Assembly: GCA_951406725.2 (NCBI GenBank)
Contig: OX597818.1
Location: 22,816,001-22,880,000, forward strand
Direction of reading: 5' to 3'
DNA: 64,000 bases
Origin: Octopus vulgaris
Taxonomy: Eukaryota
The translations under genes and the position numbers were made by a program. Below, piece after piece: positions 1 to 13,556 of the stretch. Position 1 is the stretch's first letter; every line of letters starts with the position of its first letter. The notes under the pieces are model-generated. The model was not told the origin of the DNA and ran no database searches. It saw only the letters and a list, made by a program, of their open reading frames with translations.

Positions 1-421
1 GCGTAAGAAGAAGGAGAATGGGAGAAGGAGGAGAAGAAGGAAGAAGAACCAGAAGAAGAAGCAGAAGAAGAAGAAGAAAAGAGGGGACGAGGAAGAAGAA
101 GAAGAAAAGAAGAGACGAGGAAGAAGAAAAAGAAGAAGAAGAAAGGAAAGGAAGATGACGAAGAAGAGGAAAAAGAATAACAGAAGTGATAACGATAATG
201 ACATCGGGCAATAACAAAAACAGCAACAATAACAGTAGAAAAAAAACCCCCAATAAAAACATCGTATAGGAATAATTATTTGAAAAACAAAGAAACAAAA
301 CAAAAATGTGTACCTCCATCCACTTCCTATTGCCTTTATACACGTTTTAACCCTCGAGTCCTAAAATTTTTAAAATGTGTTAAATTCAGTGAAGTTTTAA
401 ATAATGGTGATGATGATAATG

Positions 422-477
<56 letters not shown>

Positions 478-750
478 CAAAACAACGAAGAATTCTCCTC
501 TGCGTCTCAGAAAAGTAAAAGGGAAAGAAATACGAATTAAAGTGTTCCCACTTCACATATATACAACCCCAAACTGAACGCCATATCCAAACTAAGCCAA
601 CTTACAACCTTATATCATTTAGGGGGGAAAAAAACCAGCAACAAAATAACTCAAGAACTAAATACCTAAACATGAATAAAGAAATGAATAAATTTGTCTT
701 ATTTTTTTTCTTCTTTAAAATCAAAACGAAACAAAAAAAAAACAATTCAC

Positions 751-760
751 CTCGCAGCAT
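751..760 (-). CDS. Candidate start of a minus-strand host gene: M-L-R plus a phase-1 intron; the rest lies left of this exon or outside the window
   Basis: Minus strand reads TTGAAA-ATG-CTG-CGA-G|GTGAAT (A at -3; donor at 750-745). The upstream acceptor TTTTTTTTTCTCTTTTAAG| ends at 1028, defining a candidate exon 751-1027 of non-repetitive sequence. Product not identifiable. Confidence 0.4.
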
Positions 761-1365
761 TTTCAAACAATAAATAAGTAAATAAATGAATAAAAGAAAT
801 GTGAAGAGAAGCGAGAAATTGAGAATAGCTTCCGATTGAAAGCGGGAACAGAGCATGAGCGTGAGGTATGTTGAGAATAGGACAGCGTTTGGGAGTCTCA
901 ACCAGATCTGTTATTAGGAGGAGCACGGTGGTTAGCGGTGTTGCTGGATCTTGTCGATTGTGGTGGCTATGGTGATGGCGGTTAAAGGTCTAGTTTGTTG
1001 TGGGGTCTAACTCTATCGTCCCATAGCCTTAAAAGAGAAAAAAAAATCGGGTTATTTGTTTGCTTGTTTGTTGATATTAGCTTGTGTGTTGTTAGTTGTT
1101 GCTTTTTGTTCTAGATTTCATTTCTGATTTGTTGATTTTTGGAATTTTTAAAATTTATTTATTTGTTTATTGTAAGATAACGTGATGGGTGATGGGTGAT
1201 GGGGGTAGGAAACATACAGGAATGGAAGGATGGAATGTTGGCCACAGACAAGAAAATCAAGCACAAATAGAGACAGACAGATAGCTATACACGAACAAAA
1301 AGGTGGAGATTTAGTTAGATAAATAGCAAAATAAGATGACTGATGGATACGCAGTCGGATATATA

Positions 1366-1407
<42 letters not shown>

Positions 1408-1659
1408 TCTTTTATGATTATACTTGTTTCAGTCATTTGACTGCTGCCATGCTGGAACACCGCCTTTTAGTGTGTGCGTGCAGATCAAAACAGTTTGATT
1501 CAAATTCCGTGGTACTTAAATTTTCAAAACGTGACGCTTATCCAACAGATGAGGATAAGCATCACGCTTTGAAACTTATAGTACCACGGAACTTGAATCA
1601 AAACTCTTTTGATCCATATAAATTTGTTGAGTGCCTTTCTTTCGTTTGTCCATTCACTC

Positions 1660-1753
<94 letters not shown>

Positions 1754-2215
1754 AGAAAAGAAAAAAGAGGCACCCTGACGAAAATTCCTCGTATCTTTTA
1801 TGTGTGTGTGTGTGTGTGCCTGTGTGTATTTACGTCCCTGTAACCTAGCGATTTGGCAAAGAGTGACCAATAGAATAAGTACCCGGCTTTAAAAAAGAAA
1901 TAAGTCCTGGGATCAATTTGTTTGACTAAAACCCATCAAAGCAGTGCCCCAGCATGGACAAAGTCAAATGACTGAAATAAGCAAAAGAATTAAAGAATGT
2001 GTGTGTGTGCGTATGTGTGTGAGTATGTGTGTATACATACAAATGGATTGGAGAAAAATATGGAAACACTTTTTCCTTAATTTTTCTTCTGTTAGTGACA
2101 CGTCATATTCAGAACTGTTTCAGTCTGTATATATGCATTCGTGTGCATTATGTATGCGTTGTACTTCATGATATAGCACTCCTTTATCGTTTTCTTGCAG
2201 ATATTTATATTTAAA

Positions 2216-2728
2216 CTAGCAGTATCGCCCGGCGTTGCTCGGGTTTGTAAGGGAAATAACTATATAAACATTTTTAGAGAGTTTCTTCCCTTATAGATGC
2301 CAATTCGGGCTTTCTTAGCCATTTCTGTTTTGGTGTCTTCAAGCCATGAAGTCGTTGTTCTAAAAGAACGCTGGTCTCCTTGACAACGCTTTACGACGTT
2401 GATTTCCTTACACTCCCTTCCCCACAGCTTCACGAGGGAGGGAAGAAGGGGGAGAAGCAAACAGGTGCAGGTGTGACCATGGATGCCAACTCCGCCGCCA
2501 TCGACACACGAAAAATTATGCATTAAAATGGAATAAAAAATGATGTTAAATTATTTTTAAAATCGTAGACTCATCGTAGACGCGCGCTAATACCCAAACG
2601 GGCTCGATATTAATCACGACTATAAGATACCCGAATTTGGTTAAACTGCACCGCAAAATGTGGGAGTAGTTAGGAATCTAAATCGAAGGGGACAGACACT
2701 CACACAACTACAGTTTTATATATATAGA
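2216..2728 (-). mobile_element. Non-autonomous Helitron (513 bp)
   Basis: Minus strand begins A|TCTATATATATAAAA and ends with hairpin CCCGAGCAACGCCGGG plus CGATACTG-CTAG|T; inserted between A and T with no TSD. Confidence 0.85.
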
Positions 2729-2738
2729 TAAGTTAAAA

Positions 2739-3120
2739 TGTGCAATCAATTTGAATTCCAAAGGGGACAAATTGTTGAAGCACAGATGGCTGGAACTTCA
2801 GTCACTGAAACAGCAATTTATGAGAAGTAACTTTACATCAAGGAGTAGATCGTACAATCTCCTGTAATTCAGATTGCCTCATGGTCCCAGCAGACAAAAT
2901 GAAAAAAGGCGTTGCCTCGGAGAAGGAGATGCACTGGAACAGCCATTCTGACTCACTGAAACTGGTGAATTATTAAATGTTTCGAGAGATACAGACTCTG
3001 AAATCATTCTGTCATTGTAAAAGCCGCGTAAAACCAACTCGAGCTAACGATTCTGGCCGGAAGACAAAGCTGACAGAGAAAAGCTATAGAACAGTGAAAC
3101 GTATTGTATCCAAAAACCTC
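2739..3120 (+). pseudogene. Degenerate Tc1-like transposase N-terminus (paired-like HTH)
   Basis: Translates as ..EFQRGQIVEAQMAGTSVTETA.. and ..SGRKTKLTEKSYRTVKRIVSKN, homologous to the Tc1 ORFs at 55890-56329; interrupted by unrelated sequence. Confidence 0.65.
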
Positions 3121-3400
3121 TGAAAAGATGGAAAGGGAAGTTAACCTTGACATTATACTGTACAACAATGTCCCTTGTACTGTTCATTAAACATCAGCTC
3201 ACAGCCACGTTCTGGTTGAAATAAATATACCATGAATGGGTTTATGATTCAAAATCACAAATATTTTCCATCTCGAAATCCAGTTTATGCCTACGAACAG
3301 TTAGCCTTTATGACGATTTACTAATATAATTTACACCTTACTTTGAATTGAGTGTACTATATTTCTGTACAGACTAAGAAATACACATACACACACACAT

Positions 3401-3441
<41 letters not shown>

Positions 3442-3444
<3 letters not shown>

Positions 3445-4057
3445 CGGAATTCTGTTTTTGATTCGACGGTCATTCGGAATGCTCACAGCAGCCATATTCC
3501 TGCCACTCTATGTCACGCTGGTGAGACCCATATTGGAGAGTATGGGATTCAAGCCTCTTCTCCTTATCTCCTCAAAGACATACAGCACCTCGAAAGAGTC
3601 CAGAGGCTGGCTACCCGCATGGTTCATGGTCTCAAAAATTTGTCCTACGAAGAAAGGCTGAGGACGCTCGACCTTTATTCTCTTGAAAAACGCCGCCGCC
3701 GTGGTGATCTCATTCTCGCCCACAACATCATAAGCGGGAAGTGTAACCTCTCGAAAGAGCTGTTCTTCACTCCTGCTCCGGAGCGTCGGCTGCGGGATCA
3801 TTCCGAAAAGCTCTACCTGCGACGATTTCATCTCAATCGAAGGAGAGGAGCTTTCTCCGTCCGGGTTGCGGATCCGTGGAACAAGCTGCCAGACGAGATG
3901 GTGAAGATGCCGACGACCGCTTTGTTCAAAGCCTCCCTGGACCTCAAGTGGCCTGAACTCTTTACATGAACACCACCCTGTACTTAACTCCATGTCCCCC
4001 TACATGGCCTTGCTATTTGCTTTTGAGCCAAATTAACTAACTAACTAACTAACTAAC
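3442..4057 (+). mobile_element. 5'-truncated CR1-group LINE: ORF2 C-terminus, 3' UTR and (AACT)n tail
   Basis: Motifs LYVTLVRPILE(Y), LERVQRLATRMV.GLK.LSYEERL..L.LYSLEKRRRRGDLI and FSVRVADPWNKLP..FKASLD; one frameshift near 3540; (AACT)n tail at ~4035-4057; (TA)n on both sides. Confidence 0.9.
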
Positions 4058-4868
<811 letters not shown>

Positions 4869-5184
4869 ATTGTAAGCATAAACACCTATGCATCCGCGCG
4901 CGTACACACACACACACACACACACGCACGCATATGCATGTATGTAATTATGTATACGTTAGTAGATATGTCGAATAATAACCATGTAGACAAACAGATT
5001 GGCACCCATACAAACTCACTGACATTTAGTTGTTTTCGTTTTGTTGTTGACATACAGAGGTAAATAAATAGATTTAGTAACTGTATGGGAAAGGAACAGT
5101 TTATTTAAAAACATTTTTTAAAAGTCATATAAAAGTTTTAAAAATATTCCATACATTTGTTTGCTTTTCTTGTGTGTGTGTTTA

Positions 5185-5427
5185 TACATATACATTTACA
5201 CACATTTATATATATATATGTATATCTATGCATGTATATATATATTTATATATGTATGTATATATATATATATATTTATATACATATATACATATACATA
5301 TACATATATATATTTACATATACATATATATATACATATACATATATATATATACATATACATATATATATACATATACATATACATATATATATATACA
5401 TATACATATACCTATACATATATATAT

Positions 5428-5484
<57 letters not shown>

Positions 5485-5487
5485 TAT
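5185..5487. repeat. (TA)n/(TACA)n microsatellite
   Basis: Direct inspection. Confidence 0.9.
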
Positions 5488-5742
5488 AGTTTATGTATTT
5501 ATTTCAATTTCAAATTAAAACACGAATCTCTAACAACATTTATTGTTATTTTAGGATTGTTGTAATTTTTTACTTTATCAAAAAGCACACAAAGTCTCAA
5601 AGAAAATTAAAGCTGAAAACTATTATGAAAAAAAAAAAACTAACAAAAACAAAAAATTATTTCAATTATAATCATGTACACTTTGCCTTCCTTGCGAGCG
5701 CGTGCATGTCTGTCTGTTTGTATGTATGTATATATGTATGTA

Positions 5743-5851
<109 letters not shown>

Positions 5852-6105
5852 TGTGTGTGTTGTGTGTATGTATGTACACACCCAGCACCAGATAGTCAGG
5901 AGTAAAAAGGGGAGAGGCCAAAATGGTTTTTAATTTTTAATTTAAATTTTCATACCTCGAGGGACCTTAATTTAGCGGAAGGAAACTTTTAAAATACCTT
6001 CCCATCCACATTTAAGGGGACCTTTTCACGCCAACCTCATCTCGCATATAACTATGCAGAGAAACTGGGAATGGTCCCAGTTTACACACTTGATCGCATA
6101 GATTC

Positions 6106-6162
<57 letters not shown>

Positions 6163-6567
6163 TACATGCATACACACCAACGCACGCACAGAGCTTTCTC
6201 CTTTTTTTTCTTACACAGAGACGGACAGTCTCACATACAGTCACGCAGAGGCATAGGTATCGCCTCATACATACATACATACATACCAATGGACAAACAC
6301 ATACACATGATCGCTTCCCTTCTCCAGCATAAACATGCCTAAAAGCACACACATACATTCGCGTGCGCGCGCAATCTCTCTCACGCAGAGAAATATACCA
6401 AACTATCCCGGATTACAAATATACAAATAAACAGATGCACATTTCAGGCAACAAGAAATAGCAGCCGTGTTTCCTTTCTTCAGATTATATCCCACTATCT
6501 TATAAAGAGAAAGACATTAAATAATGTAGTTCTATACATACATACACACATACATACATACATACAT

Positions 6568-6662
<95 letters not shown>

Positions 6663-7419
6663 ATAAAAAATGGGACAAGAACTCAAAACATCCAGACAGG
6701 TGATATAAGAAAGGGACAACAAAACATCCATATAGACTATACAAAGAAAACAAGGACGGGTCATTCGGAGGTTTCTTTCTTCAGTCGAGTTCCAGATTAT
6801 CTTTGCAATTTCAGCTGGTTTTATATATATATATATATTGTGAGAAAAGTATCAAAGCAGGAGCGCCTTTGGAATTAGGTCTTCTCGATTCTTGGCTGAT
6901 CGGGGACTAAACAACAAAAACAAAAACGGCAACATCAACAAGAACAACGACTTCAACATCTTTCATCAGATACATATATACACACGCGCACACACACACA
7001 CGCACACACAAATACACACACACACGCATACACACGCACACGCATACACACACACATACACACACACACACACGTTTAACATGTTTCTCTATTTGTAAAA
7101 ATGGTTGCTTGTATTGCAACAAGGTCAGGAAATTTGCTACCGTCTGATATAGTCCATTACACCGACGCCAATACTTAACCCATACTTATTTTATCGATCC
7201 TTGGTAGATGAAAAACAAAGTTGGACCTCAGCGAGTCTTGAACTCTGTACGTTAAGAACTGTAAATAATTATTGCAAGACATCATAGGTGATGCTCTACC
7301 CCAGTAGTTTCTAATCCACTCTGTGTCCGGCACCCACAGGAAATATTTGCTTAATTTTGGCACACCCTACAAAATTAATATCACGTTTACAGATAAAAGA
7401 ATAAATTTTCTAATAACTA

Positions 7420-7480
<61 letters not shown>

Positions 7481-7482
<2 letters not shown>

Positions 7483-7900
7483 TCTTTTACTCTTTTACTT
7501 GTTTCAGTTATTTGACTGCGGCCATGCTGGAGCACCGCCTTTAGTCGGGCAAATCGACCTTCAGGACTTATTCTTTGTAAGCCTAGTACTTATTCTATCG
7601 GTCTCTTTTGCCGAACCGCTAAGTTACGGGGACGTAAGCACACCAGCATTGGTTGTCAAGCGATGTTGGGGGTGGGGGGAACAAACACAGAGACACAAAC
7701 ATATTCACACACATACATACACATCTATACATATATACGACGGGCTTCTTTCATTTTCCGTCTGCCAAATCCTCTCACAAGGCTTTGGTCGGCCCGAGGC
7801 TATAGTAGAAGACACATGCCCAAGGTGCCACGCAGTGGGACTGAACCGAGAACCATGTGGTTGGTAAGCAAGCTACTTACCACTCAGCCACTCCTGCGCC
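7481..7900 (-). mobile_element. tRNA-derived SINE, family A (CORE-like), full length
   Basis: Reverse complement of GGCGCAGGAGTGGCTG.GTGGTAAG...GGTTCAGTCCC (A/B box-like), CCTTGGGCA.GTGTCTT core, internal (TA/TG)n and (AAAAGAGT)n tail; inserted in (ATT)n. Confidence 0.9.
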
Positions 7901-7973
<73 letters not shown>

Positions 7974-8291
7974 GTTGTTGTTGTTGTTGTTGTTGTTGTT
8001 ATTAAGTGGGCCACATACAATAGTGAGGGTGAACAAATTGCTCCAAAAAGATAAGCTGTTAACCCAGTTAATAAAAAATGAAATGTCAATTAAGTAATTA
8101 GTAAAATACTGGACACAGTGATATCGTTCAAATAGTGACTTCTTTATTCCTTGTTGTATTTGGTTTGAAAGATTCTTGATGTGGATTCGTGTGTTATAAC
8201 AAATTTTGCTGTACTTCGGGCGGGTTATGATGTTAATAATAAAAGTACGCACTGGTTCTAATCCCCAACTTTTATTATTATAAGTCAACTC

Positions 8292-8899
8292 AGATCTTTA
8301 CCTTTTGACCAACAGATTTAAAAAATGATTTTTTGTAACTAAACACTTTAAAACTTCGTATACTGGTAGAATGTGTCATACAAAACACCTTTTACTCTTA
8401 GCGTTTTTGAGAAAAGTTTGTTTATAAAGTTATTTCGTGTTGAAGTTTTCGTATTTCGGTAATTTCAACCTATCAATGACGTGTATTCAGCTGAATAAAA
8501 TCACTGCCGTTGTTTGTCAACATGAACTTCCGGCGGTGTATATTCCGTTTGTCACTGTTATTTATTACAACCCTAACCCTAAAACCGTAAAGCTAAAAGC
8601 AGTACAAATGCACGAACGATGTCATAAATAACAGTGACAAACGAAAAATACACCGCCGATAGTTGTTGCTGACAAACAACGGCAGTAATTTTATTCAGCT
8701 GAATACATGTTATTGATTGGTTGAAATTAACGAAATACGAGAACTTCAACATGAAATAACTTTATAAACATAAACTTTTCTCCAAAACGCTAAGGGTAAA
8801 AGGTATTTTATATGACACACTCTACCAGTATATGAAGTTTGAAAGTGTTTAGTTACAAAAAATTATTTTTTAAATCTGTAGGTCAAAGGGTAAAGATCC
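8292..8899. mobile_element. Foldback MITE with ~280-bp imperfect inverted arms and 8-bp TSD
   Basis: Ends (A)GATCTTTACC / GGTAAAGATCC; arms are complementary almost to the centre, which holds AACCCTAACCCTAA; flanks GTCAACTC (8284-8291) and GTCAATTC (8900-8907). Confidence 0.85.
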
Positions 8900-9334
8900 G
8901 TCAATTCATAAACATTTAACGATTAATCAAACAATCGATTAGTTATTCGGGTAAATATTACAGATTTGAAAACTAATAATAATAAAATGAAAACTACTAC
9001 TAATAATAAGTGAAACATAGCCTGCGCGTGTGTCTATTACTGGTGTAATGACCCTTCCAAAGTAAAACAAAATTCTTTGTTCCGGTTTCTCATTCATTAC
9101 TTTATTAAAACGTAAAACTTTCCTGTTGACTGCAATCCACAAGTCTTGTCTTTGGATTCAGGTAATTCCTAGATTTTTCTCTCGACAAAGAAGACCTTAA
9201 TCCAGATTCTAATAAGTATGTTGTTTCAAATGGAACGGAGACAGTTCTTGGTCATAATTCCTTAAGGTTAAATCTACATATGTAGAATAATAAGGTTGTT
9301 GGTGTGCTTAGGATAAAGTTATTTTTAAAAGTTA

Positions 9335-9727
9335 GGCGCAGGAGTGACTGTGTGGTAAGTAGCTTGCTTACCAACCGCATGGTTCCGGGTTCAGTCCCAC
9401 TGCGTGGCACATTGGGCAAGTGTCTTCTACTATAGCCGCGGGTCGACCAAAGCCTTGTGAGTGGATTTGGTAGACGGAAACTGAAAGAAGCCCGTCGTAT
9501 ATATGTATATATATGTATGTATATATATGTGTGTGTGTGTTTGTGTGTGTGCTTGTCCCCCCAACATTGCTTGACAACCGATGCTGGTGTGTTTACGTCC
9601 CTGTAACTTAGCGGTTCGGCAAAACAGGCCGATAGAATAAATCCTGGAGCCGATTTGCTCGACTAAAGGCGGTGCTCAAGCATGGCCGCAGTCAAATGAC
9701 TGAAACAACTAAAAGAGTAAAAGAGTA
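9335..9727 (+). mobile_element. SINE family A, full length
   Basis: Same head, core and tail as the copies at 7481-7900, 43254 and 62284. Confidence 0.9.
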
Positions 9728-12058
9728 ATACTTTATTTTGGCAAGAGACTTTAATGAAGTACATACTTTAGTGTAATATTTCTCAACCATTGTTTATCTA
9801 TAGACTTCTGTGACAACTGTTTTATTCTGGTGTCCCCGCCCCCATAGCCTTTCGATGATGATAAACTAGTTTTATGGGTACTTCTTTCAAAATTCCTAGT
9901 TTGTTTTTCATACATTAAATTATGTAGGTTGGACTACGTAAAATATCAGAGAAAAATACCTAGTTGTTTCTTACATCTAAAGCGAAATTTTTCACGGATC
10001 CCTAAAATACAATTGTGGAGCTCCAGTTTACTATTTTGGCTGCGTGAACCCCCCAAAATCTTATATGGGCCCTTAGGGGTCATACGGACCTGGTAGGGAA
10101 CCATTGCTTTTGTATATTGTATATATTTTATTAGAGTATATACTATATAACAAAACAACGTATATTCCTTAATTTACTAAATTTGAAATTCTTTCTTAAA
10201 GCATTTTTATGTTATTCAATACAAACATTATTTCTGTTTTAATTCGTGCCAGTTGAGTACTGGGGTCAATGTAATCTACTCACCCCTTCCCCTGAAGTTG
10301 CTGGCCTTGTGCCAGAATTTGAAACTAATATTATTTCTATCTTATTTATTTATCTATTTGATATCACTTACCCAGAAGGAAAGTTCAGTATTTCATGACC
10401 TTATACAGGGCCACCAATATTGGTGGAAAGAAAAAAGGAAGGCATCTTCGAACAGGAGTCCTGGCTCGAATACTTACAAAAGAATGGACTTCGTTAAAAG
10501 CACACAAGGGCCAGGTTCTGGCGTTAAAGATAGCGAAGGAAGTGAAATAGAACCAGTGCATGACCCAAGTAAGTTACCGGAGGATGTGAAATAAGATTAC
10601 AAGAGCCGGAACAAATACTGCCATGCTTAAACGATTCCGCAAGTTCGCTATTTTAGATTAGTAATTTTATTGATTTGGGAAGGATGAAAATAAAGCTGAC
10701 CTCGGCTGAAAAACGCAAAGAGGTGGAATAAGTTCCGCAAGGCATTTCATCCGGCGTTCCAACTTAGCCTATCCATGTCCCGCCTCTTAAAATACTTGAC
10801 ATTCATAAAACTTTCAAAATCGAGAGAGAGAGAGAGAGAAATCACTTTCGTATTTCTTACTCTATTCTTTTGAATACCTTTTCTTTTATTTATTCACAAT
10901 TTTTATCTTTAATTCATTTAAAATTCTGTCTTTCATATACGTATTATCATTTTCCTCATTCTTTCGAATACTTTTCTTTTTATTCAAAAATATTTTCACT
11001 CACTTCATTTAAAAATTCTTTCCTTCAAATATTTCTTACTTACCTCATTCTTTCGATTTCGTCCATTAACATTTTATATTTATTCTAATCTTTTAAAAAT
11101 TCTTTTTTCATTTATTCGTTTACTCCAATTTTTACAAAATACCTTATATTCATTCAGATATTTTTGTTTTTATTTTTGCTTCCATTTGAAATTTTTTATT
11201 CATTTTTTCCTGATAGTTTTTATTCATTCAAATTTTTTTTTTTTCATTAGAATTTTTTCTTCCTATTCCTTTTTTTCCACTCACTTTTTATATTTTATAA
11301 ATGTTTAATTTAAAAAAAAAAAGAAATATATTGTGTTATTGAAGGAGTATTTAGAGCAGAATAATTGTCAATAAAACAATAAAAAAAAGCATGAAAAAAA
11401 AACCCCAACAAAAATGAAGCGAACAACGATGTGAGAAAGGAGAAAGAAAAAACACAGAAAATAATATAAAATGAAAAATGAATGAAAGAATCAAGGGGAG
11501 TTAGACGAAAAAGAAATAAATCAAAGAGAAAAAAACAATGAAGATAAATAAAAACAGAAGAAATAAGACAAGAGAAAAAACGTAAATAATATTGAGAGAA
11601 GGCAGACGATAAAATTGAATAACTGAAAGACATGCAGGCCTTTGTACACAAACATGAAATAAATTTGAAAAAGAAATTTAAATAAAATGCTGAACCAGCC
11701 ATTAAATAATAAATACATGACTGAACGATTAGATTCCATTTGCAATGTAAAGGTTTATTTTTTAGTTGATAGCCATATTAGTAGAAGTATTAACATTAAG
11801 GAGGCAGTTGACTGGTATATTCGTTAGAGCGTTGGACAATATGCCTTCCGGTAATTACTTACGTTACTGTACATTTTGATTTCAAATTTTGTCGAGGTCA
11901 ACATTGTTTTCCATCCTTTTCAGTTCGTTAAAATAAATATCAGTCCAGTACTGGAGTCGAATTAATCGAAATAACCCTCTTCTTAAATTTGTAATCTTGC
12001 GTCGATGTTAAAAATTACTGCAAACCACTGCTAAGCAGGCAGTTATCAGAATCGCTAC

Positions 12059-12493
12059 TGCAGTAGCTACTGCGAAGGAGGTAGTATGGAAGACGCGAGT
12101 GAGAGGGATCGTGACAGGCATTTTCATCTCCAGCCTTGGGTCGGTTTAACTTGTTTCTTTTCCACATGAAAAGAAAAATAAGGCTGGAGAAGAGATGCCT
12201 GTCACACGGAATGTTTCAGAAAGGATGGAAGACTGTAGCAAGTGTGTTGAGTGTGAATGAACCTGTTTGAGCGAGAACATAAGAGGTCTACTAAATATTC
12301 AGTGTTGAAATGTGGTTTGTTGGGGGTCGACCATGTCCCTCACTCCATTTTTGTTAATTCATTCGATCATATACTCATCAATCATTATTTTTAATTGTGT
12401 ATCATGTTGTATCATTCGTTCCCCGATCCCTTATCTGTCCTTGCATAGTCCCCCACCCTTGTATCTTTGACTGCAATGGTTAATAAAGAATGG
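12059..12493 (+). mobile_element. 5'-truncated Tx1/L1-like LINE 3' end inserted into a family C SINE head
   Basis: Translates AVATAKEVVWKTRVRG../..FHMKRKIRLEKRCLSHGMFQKGWKTV, resembling a Tx1/L1 ORF2 C-terminus; T-rich 3' UTR with AATAAA; 18-bp TSD AGTTA(T/G)CAGAA(T/C)CGCTAC at 12041-12058 and 12494-12511. Confidence 0.7.
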
Positions 12494-12542
12494 AGTTAGC
12501 AGAACCGCTACATTGCTGAACACGTCTTATAATATCTAGATA

Positions 12543-13064
12543 CTAGCGGGACCCGTGAATATTCCACGGAATTAATGGTAAACATACTGGGTTATTTCTG
12601 AAAACTTTGTCCAAAAACCCTGAAAGCGTAACCTGTGCTGTGTCTGTATCAAAAGATAGTCGCTCGTCTGCTAATCATTGAAAAGTGAAGGAAATTAGAA
12701 TACGATGATTACTTAATGCACTTTAGATATACACTTTACATACTTTATGCACAATTTTATAGACTTAATACATAGCACTGTCCTTCTTTCTCTTTTACTC
12801 TTCGCCTTAATCTCTTTTTCTCTTTCCTTTTTCGTTCGCTCTGCGCCTTTCCCTTCAATTAACCACGTGAAAGTATTACGGATAGTCAAAGTAACGAAGA
12901 AAAAAAAACAGAAATTAAAAATTATATATTTCATTCACCACCACCTCTCCGCCTTCCCTTCCCCATCTCTCACCTTCCGCCCTACCCCTTCCCCCCTCAG
13001 CTAATTACGTGGAAGCGTTACGGACGGGCTAAGTAACGGAGGAAGAAGCAGAATTATTATAAGA
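12543..13064 (-). mobile_element. Non-autonomous Helitron, second family (522 bp)
   Basis: Minus strand begins A|TCTTATAATAA and ends with hairpin CCGTG-GAATATT-CACGG plus GTCCCG-CTAG|T. Confidence 0.8.
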
Positions 13065-13124
13065 TACTCCTTTATTTATCTCAGTTCAAATCATTCTGAT
13101 ATACCTTGCCTATAATGGCTTCTT

Positions 13125-13556
13125 GTTTAGGCACAAGGCTAGCGCTATTGAGGTTTGGAGGTTAGTCGGTAACATTAACAGCAGTACTTGACTCCTAGTT
13201 TCTTTTATCGATCCCGAAAGGATGAAAGATGACGTTGACCTCTGCGGGATTTGAACTCAGAAAGTAAAGAGCCGAAAAAAAAAAAATACCGCAGAGCATT
13301 TTGTCCAAAGCTCCACCCTTCTGTTCATCCAACATTCTAGTTTGCCTGCAAGCCGGCAAAATTGTTAGCATGCCGGACGAAATGCTTTGCGGCATTTCAT
13401 CCGTCTTTATATTCCGAGCTCAAATTCCGCCGAGGTCGACTTTGCCTTTCATCCTTTCGATGGCGATAAAATAAGTACCAGATGAATATTGGGTCAATGT
13501 AATCTACCAGACCGGTCTCCCATAATTTCAAGCCTTGTGCCTATATTATAAAGGAT
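13125..13556. mobile_element. Two SINE family C copies in opposite orientation
   Basis: The motif GAGTTCAAATTCCGCCGAGGTCGACTTTGCCTTTCATCCTTTCG occurs on - (13125-13310) and on + (13350-13556). Confidence 0.75.

Noticed and set aside
982-1027. Terminal coding exon (LWDDRVRPHNKLDL* or YGTIELDPTTN*) on minus
   Set aside because: No recognisable protein and no upstream coding exon found; the 5'-UTR reading with a downstream ATG and donor fits better, though neither is proven.
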